Of a stretch of 32,000 nucleotides of DNA, positions 1 to 9,280 are shown piece after piece. Each line of letters begins with the position of its first letter. The stretch's first letter is position 1. The notes below the pieces were generated by a model that saw nothing but the letters and a program-made list of their open reading frames with translations, ran no database searches and was not told the origin of the DNA. The position numbers were made by a program, and so were the translations under genes. Location of the stretch: assembly GCF_003367075.2 (NCBI RefSeq), contig NZ_CP065936.1, positions 3,090,001 to 3,122,000 of the forward strand. Direction: 5' to 3'. Source of the DNA: Cylindrospermopsis raciborskii Cr2010 (GTDB lineage Bacteria > Cyanobacteriota > Cyanobacteriia > Cyanobacteriales > Nostocaceae).

Positions 1-1
1 C

Positions 2-1033
2 AAGTATAGACAAGTGTTTCTATCGGATGCTGAATATCCAAATGTAGTCAAATTTCAAACATCCGATTTGGGGGGAGAAACACCGGAACTGGGTTATGTG
101 GCAGAGCATTTTGCCCTGTTGGAACCCCTCCAGGAATTTGTCAGAACTTGTGCCAATGTGACTTATTTGTGTCCTGCTACTGTGGTTAGCACTAAAACTA
201 GTGGGGATATAGTAACTGTAAATATTCAAATAAATGGTGCAGATCAAGTGTTTCGCACTAAATTAATGGTAGCTGCTGATGGTTCTAAGTCCCCTCTTCG
301 TCAAGCTGCAGGAATTAAAACGAAGGGTTGGAAATATTGGCAGTCTTGTATAGTCGCTTTTGTCAGACCTGAGAAGTCCCACAACTACACCGCTTATGAA
401 AAGTTTTGGCAAAGTGGGCCCTTTGCCATTTTACCCCTAACTGGTAATAGGTGTCGTATTGTGTGGACTGCTCCCCATGAAGAAGCTAAGACCCTGTGCA
501 CTTTAAGTGATGAGGAATTTTTGGCAGAATTGACTCGTCGCTATGGTCACCAGATGGGTAAATTAGAATTGCTGGGAGAGCGGTTTGTTTTTCAGGTACA
601 GTTAATGCAAAGCGATCGCTATGTTCTCCCCCGGTTGGCTTTGGTGGGTGATGCAGCTCATAACTGTCATCCCGTGGGTGGACAGGGTTTAAATTTAGGT
701 ATCCGGGATGCTGCTGCTTTAGCTGAAGTTATTCAAACAGCTCACCAGCAAGGAAAAGATATTGGTAACATCCAGATTCTGCAGCAGTATGAACGCTGGC
801 GCAAAAATGAAAATTTGGCGATTTTAGGGTTTACAGACCTATTAGACCGTATATTCTCCAATAACATCTTACCTATGGTCATTATTCGTCGTCTAGGTTT
901 ATGGTTAATGCAGAGGATACCCATATTAAAGGTTTTTGCCCTAAAATTAATGATTGGTTTCCAGGGTAGAACCCCCCAATTAGCTCAATTATCGCTAAAT
1001 ACCAACTTCCATGGACTAAATAACCAGTTATGA
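2..1033 (+). CDS. UbiH/UbiF/Coq6-family FAD-dependent hydroxylase, 5'-truncated by window edge
   Basis: The frame is open from nt 2 with no upstream stop, so the GTG at 14 is probably not the true start. Carries the flavoprotein monooxygenase motif LALVGDAAHNCHPVGGQGLNLGIRDA. The N-terminal GxGxxG Rossmann segment is missing, as expected if about 70-80 aa lie upstream of the window. Confidence 0.8.
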   Translation, partial: KYRQVFLSDAEYPNVVKFQTSDLGGETPELGYVAEHFALLEPLQEFVRTCANVTYLCPATVVSTKTSGDIVTVNIQINGADQVFRTKLMVAADGSKSPLRQAAGIKTKGWKYWQSCIVAFVRPEKSHNYTAYEKFWQSGPFAILPLTGNRCRIVWTAPHEEAKTLCTLSDEEFLAELTRRYGHQMGKLELLGERFVFQVQLMQSDRYVLPRLALVGDAAHNCHPVGGQGLNLGIRDAAALAEVIQTAHQQGKDIGNIQILQQYERWRKNENLAILGFTDLLDRIFSNNILPMVIIRRLGLWLMQRIPILKVFALKLMIGFQGRTPQLAQLSLNTNFHGLNNQL

Positions 1034-1034
1034 T

Positions 1035-1151
1035 TAAGTGGGTGAGTGGAATTAAATATAAGACCAACGTAGGTTGGGTTGAAGTATGAAACCCAACACC
1101 ACGGGTCTCGTTACTCGACCCATCCTACAAATAATTGTGCCTCCCTACTTA
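1035..1151 (+). repeat. MITE-like structured dispersed repeat, copy 1
   Basis: Near-identical to the reverse complement of 6504-6624 and 16248-16358. Ends are TAAGTGGGTGAG... and ...CCTCCCTACTTA (imperfect inverted repeats). Internal hairpins: GTTGGGTT-N9-AACCCAAC and GGGTC-N9-GACCC, enclosed by GTAGG...CCTAC. No coding potential. Confidence 0.8.
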
Positions 1152-1153
1152 CT

Positions 1154-1759
1154 ATGATTACAAAAACTACTAAATTGATATCGCTTGTATCGGTTATTTC
1201 ACTTCCCTTAGTTAGTTTGTTTATACATAATCACTACACAACTGGTCAAACTCCAACTATTAGCCAATTAGCACAAGTAAAATCCATATGGCAGCGGTTT
1301 TCCTCCCAGGAAGGAAAATTTAGCGTGTTGTTTCCGGGTACACCAAGGCTTAGCCAGCAAAAGATGACCAGTGATAATGGGGAACTACAGGTAAATCTAT
1401 TTACCGTAAATCGTCCCCAGGAGGAGGCAAAATATACGGTTGCCTACATTGATTATCCAGCACAATACATTCAATTGTTACGAAGTAGAAATCTGGTGGA
1501 ACAAGCTATAGAGCAGGGCAAAAGTACAGCATTAGAGAGAGTTCGGGGAACTATTGTCAGTGAGGAAAAAAAGACCTTGGGTGATAACGTGGGTATAGAA
1601 GTAAATTATACTACTCCTGCCGGGAAAGTTGTCAAGCAGAGAGTATTTTTAATTGACAACAGATTTTATCAGATTACTGCGGAAACCACTCAAAAAAGAC
1701 AAAGGTTTTTGACTAGAAGTATGCAGGGTTTTTGTGATTCTTTTAAGTTGTTACCATAA
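1154..1759 (+). CDS. hypothetical secreted or membrane-anchored protein
   Basis: ORF track starts at 1079, but that extension reads through the repeat element. The ATG at 1154 gives MITKTTKLISLVSVISLPLVSLF, a signal-peptide or anchor-like N-terminus. I recognise no domain. Confidence 0.6.
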   Translation: MITKTTKLISLVSVISLPLVSLFIHNHYTTGQTPTISQLAQVKSIWQRFSSQEGKFSVLFPGTPRLSQQKMTSDNGELQVNLFTVNRPQEEAKYTVAYIDYPAQYIQLLRSRNLVEQAIEQGKSTALERVRGTIVSEEKKTLGDNVGIEVNYTTPAGKVVKQRVFLIDNRFYQITAETTQKRQRFLTRSMQGFCDSFKLLP

Positions 1760-1882
1760 GGTTATGTTCCCAAAATGCGCCTTGGTGTCGAATATCCTTT
1801 GAAATGGCAGATTGATTCCCAAAGTTTTTGAGCTAGTGCTAGATTGGCACAAAACCGTTGGCTAGGCTAGAAGTAAGTATCC

Positions 1883-4057
1883 ATGTTAAAAAAACTACAA
1901 AACAAGCAAGTCTATTTGATTACAGGAGCGGGGCTCGGCGCCTTTCTCTTAGGTGTGGGGTTCTCATTTCCCCAGGCGCAAAAAACCTTGAGCAAATGGT
2001 TTGACCCCAGTCAGGTAGAAGCAAATCAGTCAATTCAAATGGACCAATCTCCTTCAACTGTTGGCATGACTGTAGCTCAATCTTTACCAGAAAGATCTAG
2101 TAAGCTCAGGGAAATTGCTGAAAAAGGAGACTCTCCAGATCGAGAAAGGGCCCGCTATGTCTTGGCTAGTGATTATATTCAAACGAATCAAGGTAAACCA
2201 GCGTTGGAATTATTGGTGGGTTTGGAAAAAGATTATCCAGTTTTGGCATCTTATATTTTATTGAAACAAGCCCAAGCTCAAGATATGTTGGGGGAAAAAG
2301 GGTTAGCTTCTGACCTGCGTCAAAGGGTATTAAGGGATTATCCAAAAAGTCCCGCAGCGGTGAAAGCCATGTATCTCATTGGACAACCAAAACTACAGGA
2401 ACGAGCGATCGCCGAATTTCCTTCCCATCCGCTAACCTGGGAAATTATCCGCAATCGTCTGCGAGAAAACCCCAATCAACCCAAATTACAGTTAATTCTG
2501 GCCAAGTATGCTGGTGATGAACCAGGAACCGTAGGTTTTTTAGATAGCTTGGTTCCCCAATCTTCACTTACCCCAGCAGATTGGGAAGTGATTGGTGCAG
2601 CATATTGGGATAATAATGAGTTTGTTAAAGCCAGCAGTGCTTACAAAAATGCTCCTCAAACGGCTAAAAATCTATATCGTATTGCCAGGGGCTTACAAAT
2701 AGACAAAAAACGGGAATCAGCAATTGTAATTTATAAACAACAAGTCAAGCTGTTTCCTAAAAAGAAAGAAACAGGAACAGCCCTATTAAGACTGGCAGAA
2801 ATGTCTTCGGGGAAGGATGCCATATCCTATCTTGACCAAATAATTGCTCAATTCCCTTCTCAAGCACCACAAGCACTAGCACAAAAGGCTAAATTGCTGA
2901 CCAGTCTCAAGGATAATCAGTCAGCTAATCAAACCTGGAAATTACTTCTAAGTAAATATAGCAGCTCTGATGCTGCCACAGAATACCGTTGGCAAACTGC
3001 CCTGAATAAAGCTAAAAACCGGGATTATATTGGTGCATGGGAGTGGGCACAACCAATTCCTACCCAGAATCCTGGCAGCATTTTGGCACCAAGAGCCAGT
3101 TTTTGGGTAGGTAAATGGGCAAGTCTACTGGGTAAAAACGAGGAAGCTCGTAAGTCCTATGAGTACGTACTCGCTAACTTTCCCCAGTCCTATTATGCTT
3201 GGCGTTCCGCTAGAATCCTGGGATGGGATGTGGGTGATTTTAATAATTTACGCCTACTCAATCCCCAAATTACCTCACCCCAACGTCCTTTACCCCCTGC
3301 TGGTACGGATACTTTCAAAGAACTGTATTTAATGGCACAAGATCGGGATGCCTGGTATGAATGGGAGACGGGATTTAAAAATAACAATCAGCCCACGGTA
3401 AAAGAACAGTTCACGGAAGGGTTGATGCGGTTAGTAAAGGGTGATAACCTCATTGGTATTGCTAAAATATCTCAGTTGGAAGATAGGGAAACCCCGGAGG
3501 AGAGAGCTGAATATGCTGTTTTAAGTCGACAAATTACCTATTGGCAAGCACGATATCCCCTATTATACTTAGAACCAATACAAAAGTGGGCTTCAGCTCG
3601 TCAGGTAAATCCCCTGCTGGTGATAGGTTTAATGAGACAGGAATCAATGTTCCAACCTAAAATTAAATCAGTAGCTGGTGCTGTGGGTTTAATGCAAGTG
3701 ATGCCAAATACAGCTAAATGGATAGCACCACAAATTGGTGTGGATATGAAAACTATTAACCTGGAAAACCCCAATGATAATATCATGTTGGGAACTTGGT
3801 ATTTGGATCATACCCACCAGGAATATAATAATAATTCCATGTTGGCGATCGCCAGTTATAATGCAGGACCTGGCAATGTTGCCAAGTGGTTACGAACCAT
3901 ACCCAAACAGGATCCCGACGAATTTGTGGAGGAAATACCCTTTGGGGAAACCAGAAATTACGTGCGTCAGGTGTTGGGGAATTATTGGAATTACCTACGG
4001 TTGTATAACCCGGAGATTTCAACCTTAGTTAGTAAATACGCCAAATCTGGAAACTAA
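1883..4057 (+). CDS. soluble lytic murein transglycosylase (Slt70-like)
   Basis: 724 aa. N-terminal hydrophobic anchor, then a long helical repeat region. C-terminal SLT domain with RQESMF (catalytic Glu-Ser), GLMQVMP and ASYNAGPGNV motifs. Confidence 0.85.
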   Translation: MLKKLQNKQVYLITGAGLGAFLLGVGFSFPQAQKTLSKWFDPSQVEANQSIQMDQSPSTVGMTVAQSLPERSSKLREIAEKGDSPDRERARYVLASDYIQTNQGKPALELLVGLEKDYPVLASYILLKQAQAQDMLGEKGLASDLRQRVLRDYPKSPAAVKAMYLIGQPKLQERAIAEFPSHPLTWEIIRNRLRENPNQPKLQLILAKYAGDEPGTVGFLDSLVPQSSLTPADWEVIGAAYWDNNEFVKASSAYKNAPQTAKNLYRIARGLQIDKKRESAIVIYKQQVKLFPKKKETGTALLRLAEMSSGKDAISYLDQIIAQFPSQAPQALAQKAKLLTSLKDNQSANQTWKLLLSKYSSSDAATEYRWQTALNKAKNRDYIGAWEWAQPIPTQNPGSILAPRASFWVGKWASLLGKNEEARKSYEYVLANFPQSYYAWRSARILGWDVGDFNNLRLLNPQITSPQRPLPPAGTDTFKELYLMAQDRDAWYEWETGFKNNNQPTVKEQFTEGLMRLVKGDNLIGIAKISQLEDRETPEERAEYAVLSRQITYWQARYPLLYLEPIQKWASARQVNPLLVIGLMRQESMFQPKIKSVAGAVGLMQVMPNTAKWIAPQIGVDMKTINLENPNDNIMLGTWYLDHTHQEYNNNSMLAIASYNAGPGNVAKWLRTIPKQDPDEFVEEIPFGETRNYVRQVLGNYWNYLRLYNPEISTLVSKYAKSGN

Positions 4058-4118
4058 CCAACGGTAAAAAAGATAAAATATAAAATAGTTAAGGAATGTT
4101 GCCAACTCAACCCAACTC

Positions 4119-4907
4119 ATGACACCTTTACCAGAAACAGAGACAGAAACCATAGATTTTGCTGAGGACACCAGTAATTTACCTGTGGACCCCCTAGATG
4201 AACTCCCAGACGAAGTGGAAATGCCGTTTTTTGACCATCTGGAAGAACTGCGACGGCGGATTTTCTATTCTTTAATTGCGGTGGTAGTAGGTATTGTGGG
4301 TTGTTTTCTAGTAGTCAAACCCCTGGTGCGACTACTAGAAATACCAGCCCAAGGGATTAAATTTTTACAATTGGCACCGGGAGAATATTTTTTCGTCTCC
4401 CTGAAGGTTGCTGGTTATAGCGGTTTAGTTCTATCCAGTCCCGTGATTCTTTACCAAATTATTCAGTTTGTCTTACCCGGTTTAACTCGTCGTGAACGCC
4501 GACTATTAGCTCCCATAGTTTTTGGCTCTAGTATATTGTTTTTAGGTGGATTAGTATTTGCATATTTATTACTTATTCCTGCCGCTTTACAATTTTTTGT
4601 TAAGTATGGAGCTGACGTAGTAGAACAGCTATGGTCAATTGAAAAATATTTTGAATTTATTCTGTTGCTATTATTTAGTACTGGTTTAGCCTTTCAAATC
4701 CCAGTTATCCAATTATTGCTAAGCAAGTTAGGAATTGTTTCATCACAGCAAATGCTCAATGGTTGGAGACTGGTGATTATGTTATCTATGATTTTAGGAG
4801 CAGTGTTAACACCCTCCACCGATCCCCTCACCCAAAGTCTATTAGCAGGAGCAGTCCTGGCTTTGTATTTTGGTGGTGTTGGTTTAGTCAAACTAACGGA
4901 GAAATAA
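4119..4907 (+). CDS. tatC: twin-arginine translocase subunit TatC
   Basis: 262 aa polytopic membrane protein. Has the conserved N-terminal [11 protein letters not shown] motif and the hydrophobic segment pattern typical of TatC. Confidence 0.9.
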   Translation: MTPLPETETETIDFAEDTSNLPVDPLDELPDEVEMPFFDHLEELRRRIFYSLIAVVVGIVGCFLVVKPLVRLLEIPAQGIKFLQLAPGEYFFVSLKVAGYSGLVLSSPVILYQIIQFVLPGLTRRERRLLAPIVFGSSILFLGGLVFAYLLLIPAALQFFVKYGADVVEQLWSIEKYFEFILLLLFSTGLAFQIPVIQLLLSKLGIVSSQQMLNGWRLVIMLSMILGAVLTPSTDPLTQSLLAGAVLALYFGGVGLVKLTEK

Positions 4908-4954
4908 CCTGGATTGTCATAGTTTAGTCTTAATTAGTGTTGTTGGTGCTGGTT

Positions 4955-5702
4955 ATGGCAGGACATAGTAAATGGGCAAATATTAAACGTCAAAAAGCGG
5001 TAGTAGATGCCAAAAAAGGCAGTGTTTTCACTCAACTTTCCCGGGCAATTATTATTGCTGCTAAAAATGGCATACCAGATCCCACAGGAAATTTCCAACT
5101 GCGAACAGCTATTGATAAAGCTAAAGCAGCAGGTATCCCCAATGATAATATTGAAAGGGCGATCGCTAAAGGTGCGGGTACTTTAGGTAGTGATAGTAAT
5201 AGTTTGGAAGAGATTCGCTACGAAGGTTATGGACCAGGTGGGGTAGCCATATTAGTGGAAGCATTAACAGACAACCGCAATCGAACCGCAGCGGATTTAC
5301 GGGTTGCTTTCAGTAAAAATGGGAGAAACTGGTTGTGTCAGTTGGATGTTTACCCAAAGGGGAGTTTGTATAGTTACAGGGGTGGAGGATGAAGAAAACC
5401 TATTAGAAGCATCCCTTGTCGGTGATGCTGAGAGCTATGAAATGATTGACCAACAAGTAGCTGAGGTTTTCACCCAGGTGTCCAACCTAGAGAAATTGAG
5501 TCAAACACTCAAAGCTAAAGACTTTAAACTCACAGAGGTGGAAATACGTTGGATTCCGCAAACTGAAGTGGAAGTTACCCATATAGACCAAGCTAAGTCC
5601 CTGCTAAAACTGATTGACACCCTGGAAGGGTTGGATGATGTGCAAAGTGTAACAGCTAATTTTGATATGGCGGAAAATATTATTAAAGCATTTTCTATGT
5701 AA
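4955..5702 (+). pseudogene. YebC/PmpR-family transcriptional regulator, interrupted by a frameshift near 5321-5323
   Basis: Frame A (from ATG 4955) gives [14 protein letters not shown]...[17 protein letters not shown], then runs into nonsense and stops at 5392. Frame B continues [10 protein letters not shown]...SVTANFD to 5702. The family normally reads ...FSKNGGNLGETGSV... in one frame. Confidence 0.8.
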
Positions 5703-5709
5703 ACCGAAC

Positions 5710-6402
5710 TCAGCCAACCTGTAATTCAGACAACACAGGAATTGTCAATTTGGATGCAACTTCAGCCAGGGTTTCTAAGTCATTAACATTTTCTAGGTAT
5801 GGTAAACAACCCAAAACTGGAAAGTTAGTTAAAGACTCAATTAAATGGGTCGGAGTTAAATCCCCTATTTCTTCTTCCGAACGAGGTTGGTTACAATTCA
5901 AAACAATCCCCAATAAGTTTATTTTGGCTTGTCTAGCCAAAGCCGCATTAGCTACGGATTGAGCGATCGCACCTAATCTAACAGGAACAACCAAAACCGT
6001 TGGTAAACGCCATTCTCCCGCCAAATCAGCTACGGTCAATTCATCCGTTACGGGTGAACCTAAACCCCCGAGGGACTCCACCAGTAAAAAATCCCTTTCC
6101 CTTTGTAATTTGAGAAAAGTTCGCCAAACCAGACCCAAATCAATAGTCCGATTTTCCTTGGCCGCAGCAATTGGGGGTGCCAACGGTGCTTGAAAATACA
6201 AAGGGGTGATTTCTTCCTCGGACTGATCCAAACTAAAAAGAGACTGGTAGGTTTCTTTATCACCTACACCAGACTGTAAAGGTTTCATGATTCCCAAGCG
6301 ACTTTGGGGAAGGTACTTTAGCCAGTAAGCCGCTATAGAACAGGTTAATATGGTCTTGCCAGCACCTGTATCAGTTCCAGCGATTAGTAGTGTGTTAGAC
6401 AA
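5710..6402 (-). CDS. bioD: dethiobiotin synthase
   Basis: 230 aa. N-terminal P-loop LLIAGTDTGAGKT, characteristic of BioD. Overall length and layout fit. Confidence 0.85.
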   Translation of the reverse strand: MSNTLLIAGTDTGAGKTILTCSIAAYWLKYLPQSRLGIMKPLQSGVGDKETYQSLFSLDQSEEEITPLYFQAPLAPPIAAAKENRTIDLGLVWRTFLKLQRERDFLLVESLGGLGSPVTDELTVADLAGEWRLPTVLVVPVRLGAIAQSVANAALARQAKINLLGIVLNCNQPRSEEEIGDLTPTHLIESLTNFPVLGCLPYLENVNDLETLAEVASKLTIPVLSELQVG

Positions 6403-6503
6403 TTTATTAGCGGGTATTCAGGTATGTTTCACAGTGAACAAATGGAAAAGGAGGATCCTAACACTACTATAGTATCACTTATGGGATAATTTATATTTTG
6501 GCG

Positions 6504-6624
6504 TAAGTAGGGAGGCACAATTATTTGTAGGATGGGTCGAGTAACGAGACCCATGGGGGTGTTGGGTTTCATATTTCAACCCAACCTACGTTCATCTTAT
6601 ATTTAATTCCACCCACCCACCTAA
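6504..6624 (-). repeat. MITE-like structured dispersed repeat, copy 2
   Basis: The reverse complement aligns end to end with 1035-1151, with about six substitutions and one 3-nt indel by hand alignment. Lies in the divergent bioD/aspA intergenic region. Confidence 0.8.
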
Positions 6625-6659
6625 TCTCCAATAAACTATCATTAACTATGTGAGTAATT

Positions 6660-8066
6660 ATGAGTAATATAGATTTTCGCATTGAACGGGATTCCATGGG
6701 CGATCGCCAAATTCCCAATAACGTATATTATGGGATCCAAACCCAACGCGCCCTGGAGAACTTCCCCATAAGTGGAATCAAGCCACTAGCCAGCTATGTA
6801 GATGCCTGTTTGTACATTAAGAAAGCAACTGCAATAGTTAATGGTGAGTTGAGTTGTATACCCTTAGATATAAGTAAAGCCATAGTTCAAGCGACAGACG
6901 AAATACTAGGGGGGAAATTACGGGATCAGTTTGTGGTAGATGTTTACCAAGCAGGAGCAGGTACATCCCACCACATGAACATCAACGAAGTTCTAGCCAA
7001 TCGAGCCCTAGAAATTTTGGGGGATGAGAAAGGAAATTACCAGCGGGTTAGTCCTAACGATCATGTTAACTATGGTCAGTCTACCAATGATGTCATTCCT
7101 ACAGCTATTAGACTAGGTGGTTTATTGGCCCTAACCCAAACCCTACATCCCGTATTAGAAAAGGCAATTGCCACCCTAGAAGCAAAAGCGGTGGAATTTC
7201 AACACATTGTTAAATCGGGAAGAACCCACCTTCAGGACGCGGTTCCAGTGCGGTTAGGGGAGAATTTTCGAGCTTGGTCCCATATTCTTAGTGAACATCA
7301 AAATCGCATATACACTGCTTCTGGGGATTTGATGGTCTTGGGTTTAGGGGGAAGTGCAGCTGGTACGGGAATGAACACTCACCCCGAATACCGCAAAAGG
7401 GTAGTGGAAGTGCTTTCCCAATTATTAGAAATTCCCCTGGAACCAGCGCCCCATTTAATGGCTGTTATGCAAAGTATGGGAGCATTTGTTAATACTTCTG
7501 GTGCAGTGCGCAATCTGGCACAAGATATGGTCAAAATCTCCCATGATTTACGCTTGATGGATTCTGGACCCAAAACCGGATTTAAAGAGATTCAATTACC
7601 ACCCGTACAACCAGGGTCTTCTATTATGCCAGGTAAGTATAATCCAGTTATGGCAGAAATGACATCTATGGTTTGTTTTCAGGTTATGGGATATGACCAG
7701 GCGATCGCTCTTGCTGCCCAAGCGGGACAATTAGAATTAAATGTGATGATGCCGCTTATAGCCTATAACTTGATTCATAGTATTGAGATATTAGGTAATA
7801 CAATTAGAGCTTTGACAGATAATTGTATTCAGGGTATTATTGCCAACAGAGAAAGATGTTTAGGTTATGCTGAGGGAAGTTTAGCTTTAGTTACAGCATT
7901 AAATACTCATATTGGTTATTTAAATGCTGCTGCTGTAGCCAAGGAGTCCTTAGAAACGGGGAAATCTCTAAGACAAATTGTTTTGGAAAGGGGTCTAATG
8001 ACTGAAGAACAACTGGCCTTGGTTTTAGATTTGGAACAAATGAGTACTATTGTTCCACTGTGCTAA
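6660..8066 (+). CDS. aspA: aspartate ammonia-lyase (class II fumarase/aspartase family)
   Basis: 468 aa. N-terminus is FRIERDSMGDRQIPNNVYYGIQTQRALENFPISG. Signature loop is GSSIMPGKYNPVMAEM; NPV is aspartase-like, whereas FumC has NPTQ. Confidence 0.75.
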   Translation: MSNIDFRIERDSMGDRQIPNNVYYGIQTQRALENFPISGIKPLASYVDACLYIKKATAIVNGELSCIPLDISKAIVQATDEILGGKLRDQFVVDVYQAGAGTSHHMNINEVLANRALEILGDEKGNYQRVSPNDHVNYGQSTNDVIPTAIRLGGLLALTQTLHPVLEKAIATLEAKAVEFQHIVKSGRTHLQDAVPVRLGENFRAWSHILSEHQNRIYTASGDLMVLGLGGSAAGTGMNTHPEYRKRVVEVLSQLLEIPLEPAPHLMAVMQSMGAFVNTSGAVRNLAQDMVKISHDLRLMDSGPKTGFKEIQLPPVQPGSSIMPGKYNPVMAEMTSMVCFQVMGYDQAIALAAQAGQLELNVMMPLIAYNLIHSIEILGNTIRALTDNCIQGIIANRERCLGYAEGSLALVTALNTHIGYLNAAAVAKESLETGKSLRQIVLERGLMTEEQLALVLDLEQMSTIVPLC

Positions 8067-8154
8067 TTTTTTGGGGGAATGGGGAAACTTGAAACTCGCC
8101 TTTACAATCAATTTAAAATGAATTAAGTAAAATCAATTAACCACTCCTTAACTT

Positions 8155-9141
8155 ATGCTGACAACAAAACCACAAGTTAGTTTAATTAGAGCCACATCCT
8201 ACCAACAGGATGCTTTAAAAGAATCCCTAACTACCCTATTAGATCCCTTAGGGGGAATAGGAGCTTTCGTGAAACCTGGGAACCGGGTACTGTTGAAACC
8301 CAATTTATTAACAGGTGCTCGACCCACCAAGGAATGTACTACCCGTCCAGAACTGATTCGCGCTGTTGCACAGCAGGTGATAGAAGCTGGTGGAAAACCT
8401 TTTCTAGGAGATAGTCCGGCGTTTGGTACTGCTAAGGGCGTGGCCACGGCCAATGGATTGCTGCCACTTTTAGAGGAGTTGAACATTCCCATTGTGGAAT
8501 TTCGTGGTCAACGTTATACCTGTCCTGAGGGTTCCGGAAAAAGCTATGAATTTAATCATCTGCTCTTGTCGAAGGAAGCTATGGAAGCAGATGTGATTAT
8601 TAATTTACCAAAAGTGAAATCCCACATGCAATTAACAGTCACTATGGGAGTAAAGAATTTGTTTGGTTGTGTCCCAGGAAAGATGAAAGCTTGGTGGCAC
8701 ATGGAAGCAGGTAAAGATGCCAAAAAATTCGGAGAAATGTTGGTAGAAACTGCCAGAGCAATTAATCCTAGTTTGACTATTTTAGATGGGATTATTGGTC
8801 ATGAAGGTAATGGACCGAGTGGTGGTGAACCTCGTGATCTAGGTGTTTTAGGTGCATCAGAGAATGTGTTTGCCCTAGACCGAGCAGTATTAGAAATACT
8901 CAAAGTTGATCCCATGCAAGTACCTACCATGGTAGCTGCCCAAAATTTGGGTGTTTCTCCTGAATTGACAGATATAGAATTTCCCCATTTATCTCCAGAT
9001 TTGTTACAAATAGAAGACTGGCGATTACCTGATAATTTAATGCCCATTGATTTTGCTATGCCCCGGGTAATTAAGTCAACTTTCAAACATCTTTATATCC
9101 GGTTTATCAAGGAACCAATGGGTGCTTACAGTCGAGGTTAA
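8155..9141 (+). CDS. DUF362 domain-containing protein
   Basis: 328 aa. The motifs VLLKPNLL and ILDGIIGHEGNGPSGG resemble the DUF362 family as I remember it. Function unknown. Confidence 0.5.
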   Translation: MLTTKPQVSLIRATSYQQDALKESLTTLLDPLGGIGAFVKPGNRVLLKPNLLTGARPTKECTTRPELIRAVAQQVIEAGGKPFLGDSPAFGTAKGVATANGLLPLLEELNIPIVEFRGQRYTCPEGSGKSYEFNHLLLSKEAMEADVIINLPKVKSHMQLTVTMGVKNLFGCVPGKMKAWWHMEAGKDAKKFGEMLVETARAINPSLTILDGIIGHEGNGPSGGEPRDLGVLGASENVFALDRAVLEILKVDPMQVPTMVAAQNLGVSPELTDIEFPHLSPDLLQIEDWRLPDNLMPIDFAMPRVIKSTFKHLYIRFIKEPMGAYSRG

Positions 9142-9280
9142 AAGCCAAAGGGGTGGGAGTGGGGACTTATGGGAATGTGAACTACGGGGAAAACAAAGAT
9201 AAAAAAAGATAAAGTAGGTGACAAATCTTGTATGTAATTTATATAATGTGGTTGAGGTAGAGTTAAGGTTCTAACTAGCC

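Noticed and set aside
1079-1153. N-terminal 25 codons of the ORF called at 1079 (MKYETQHHGSRYSTHPTNNCASLLT)
   Set aside because: This stretch is the translated interior of the MITE-like repeat. The ATG at 1154 gives a proper signal-like N-terminus.
3774-4028. Overlapping 84-aa (+) and 79-aa (-) ORFs inside the transglycosylase gene
   Set aside because: Both lie within the conserved SLT catalytic domain coding region, and neither has independent support.
5315-5330. Possible programmed ribosomal frameshift at A AAA AAT GGG in yebC
   Set aside because: No recoding is known for this family, and I see no stimulatory structure. The conserved G-N-L residues appear to be physically missing, which fits an indel or a sequencing error better.
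8199-9086. Two minus-strand ORFs (97 aa and 95 aa) inside the DUF362 gene
   Set aside because: Antisense shadow ORFs with low-complexity composition, fully nested within a better-supported gene.
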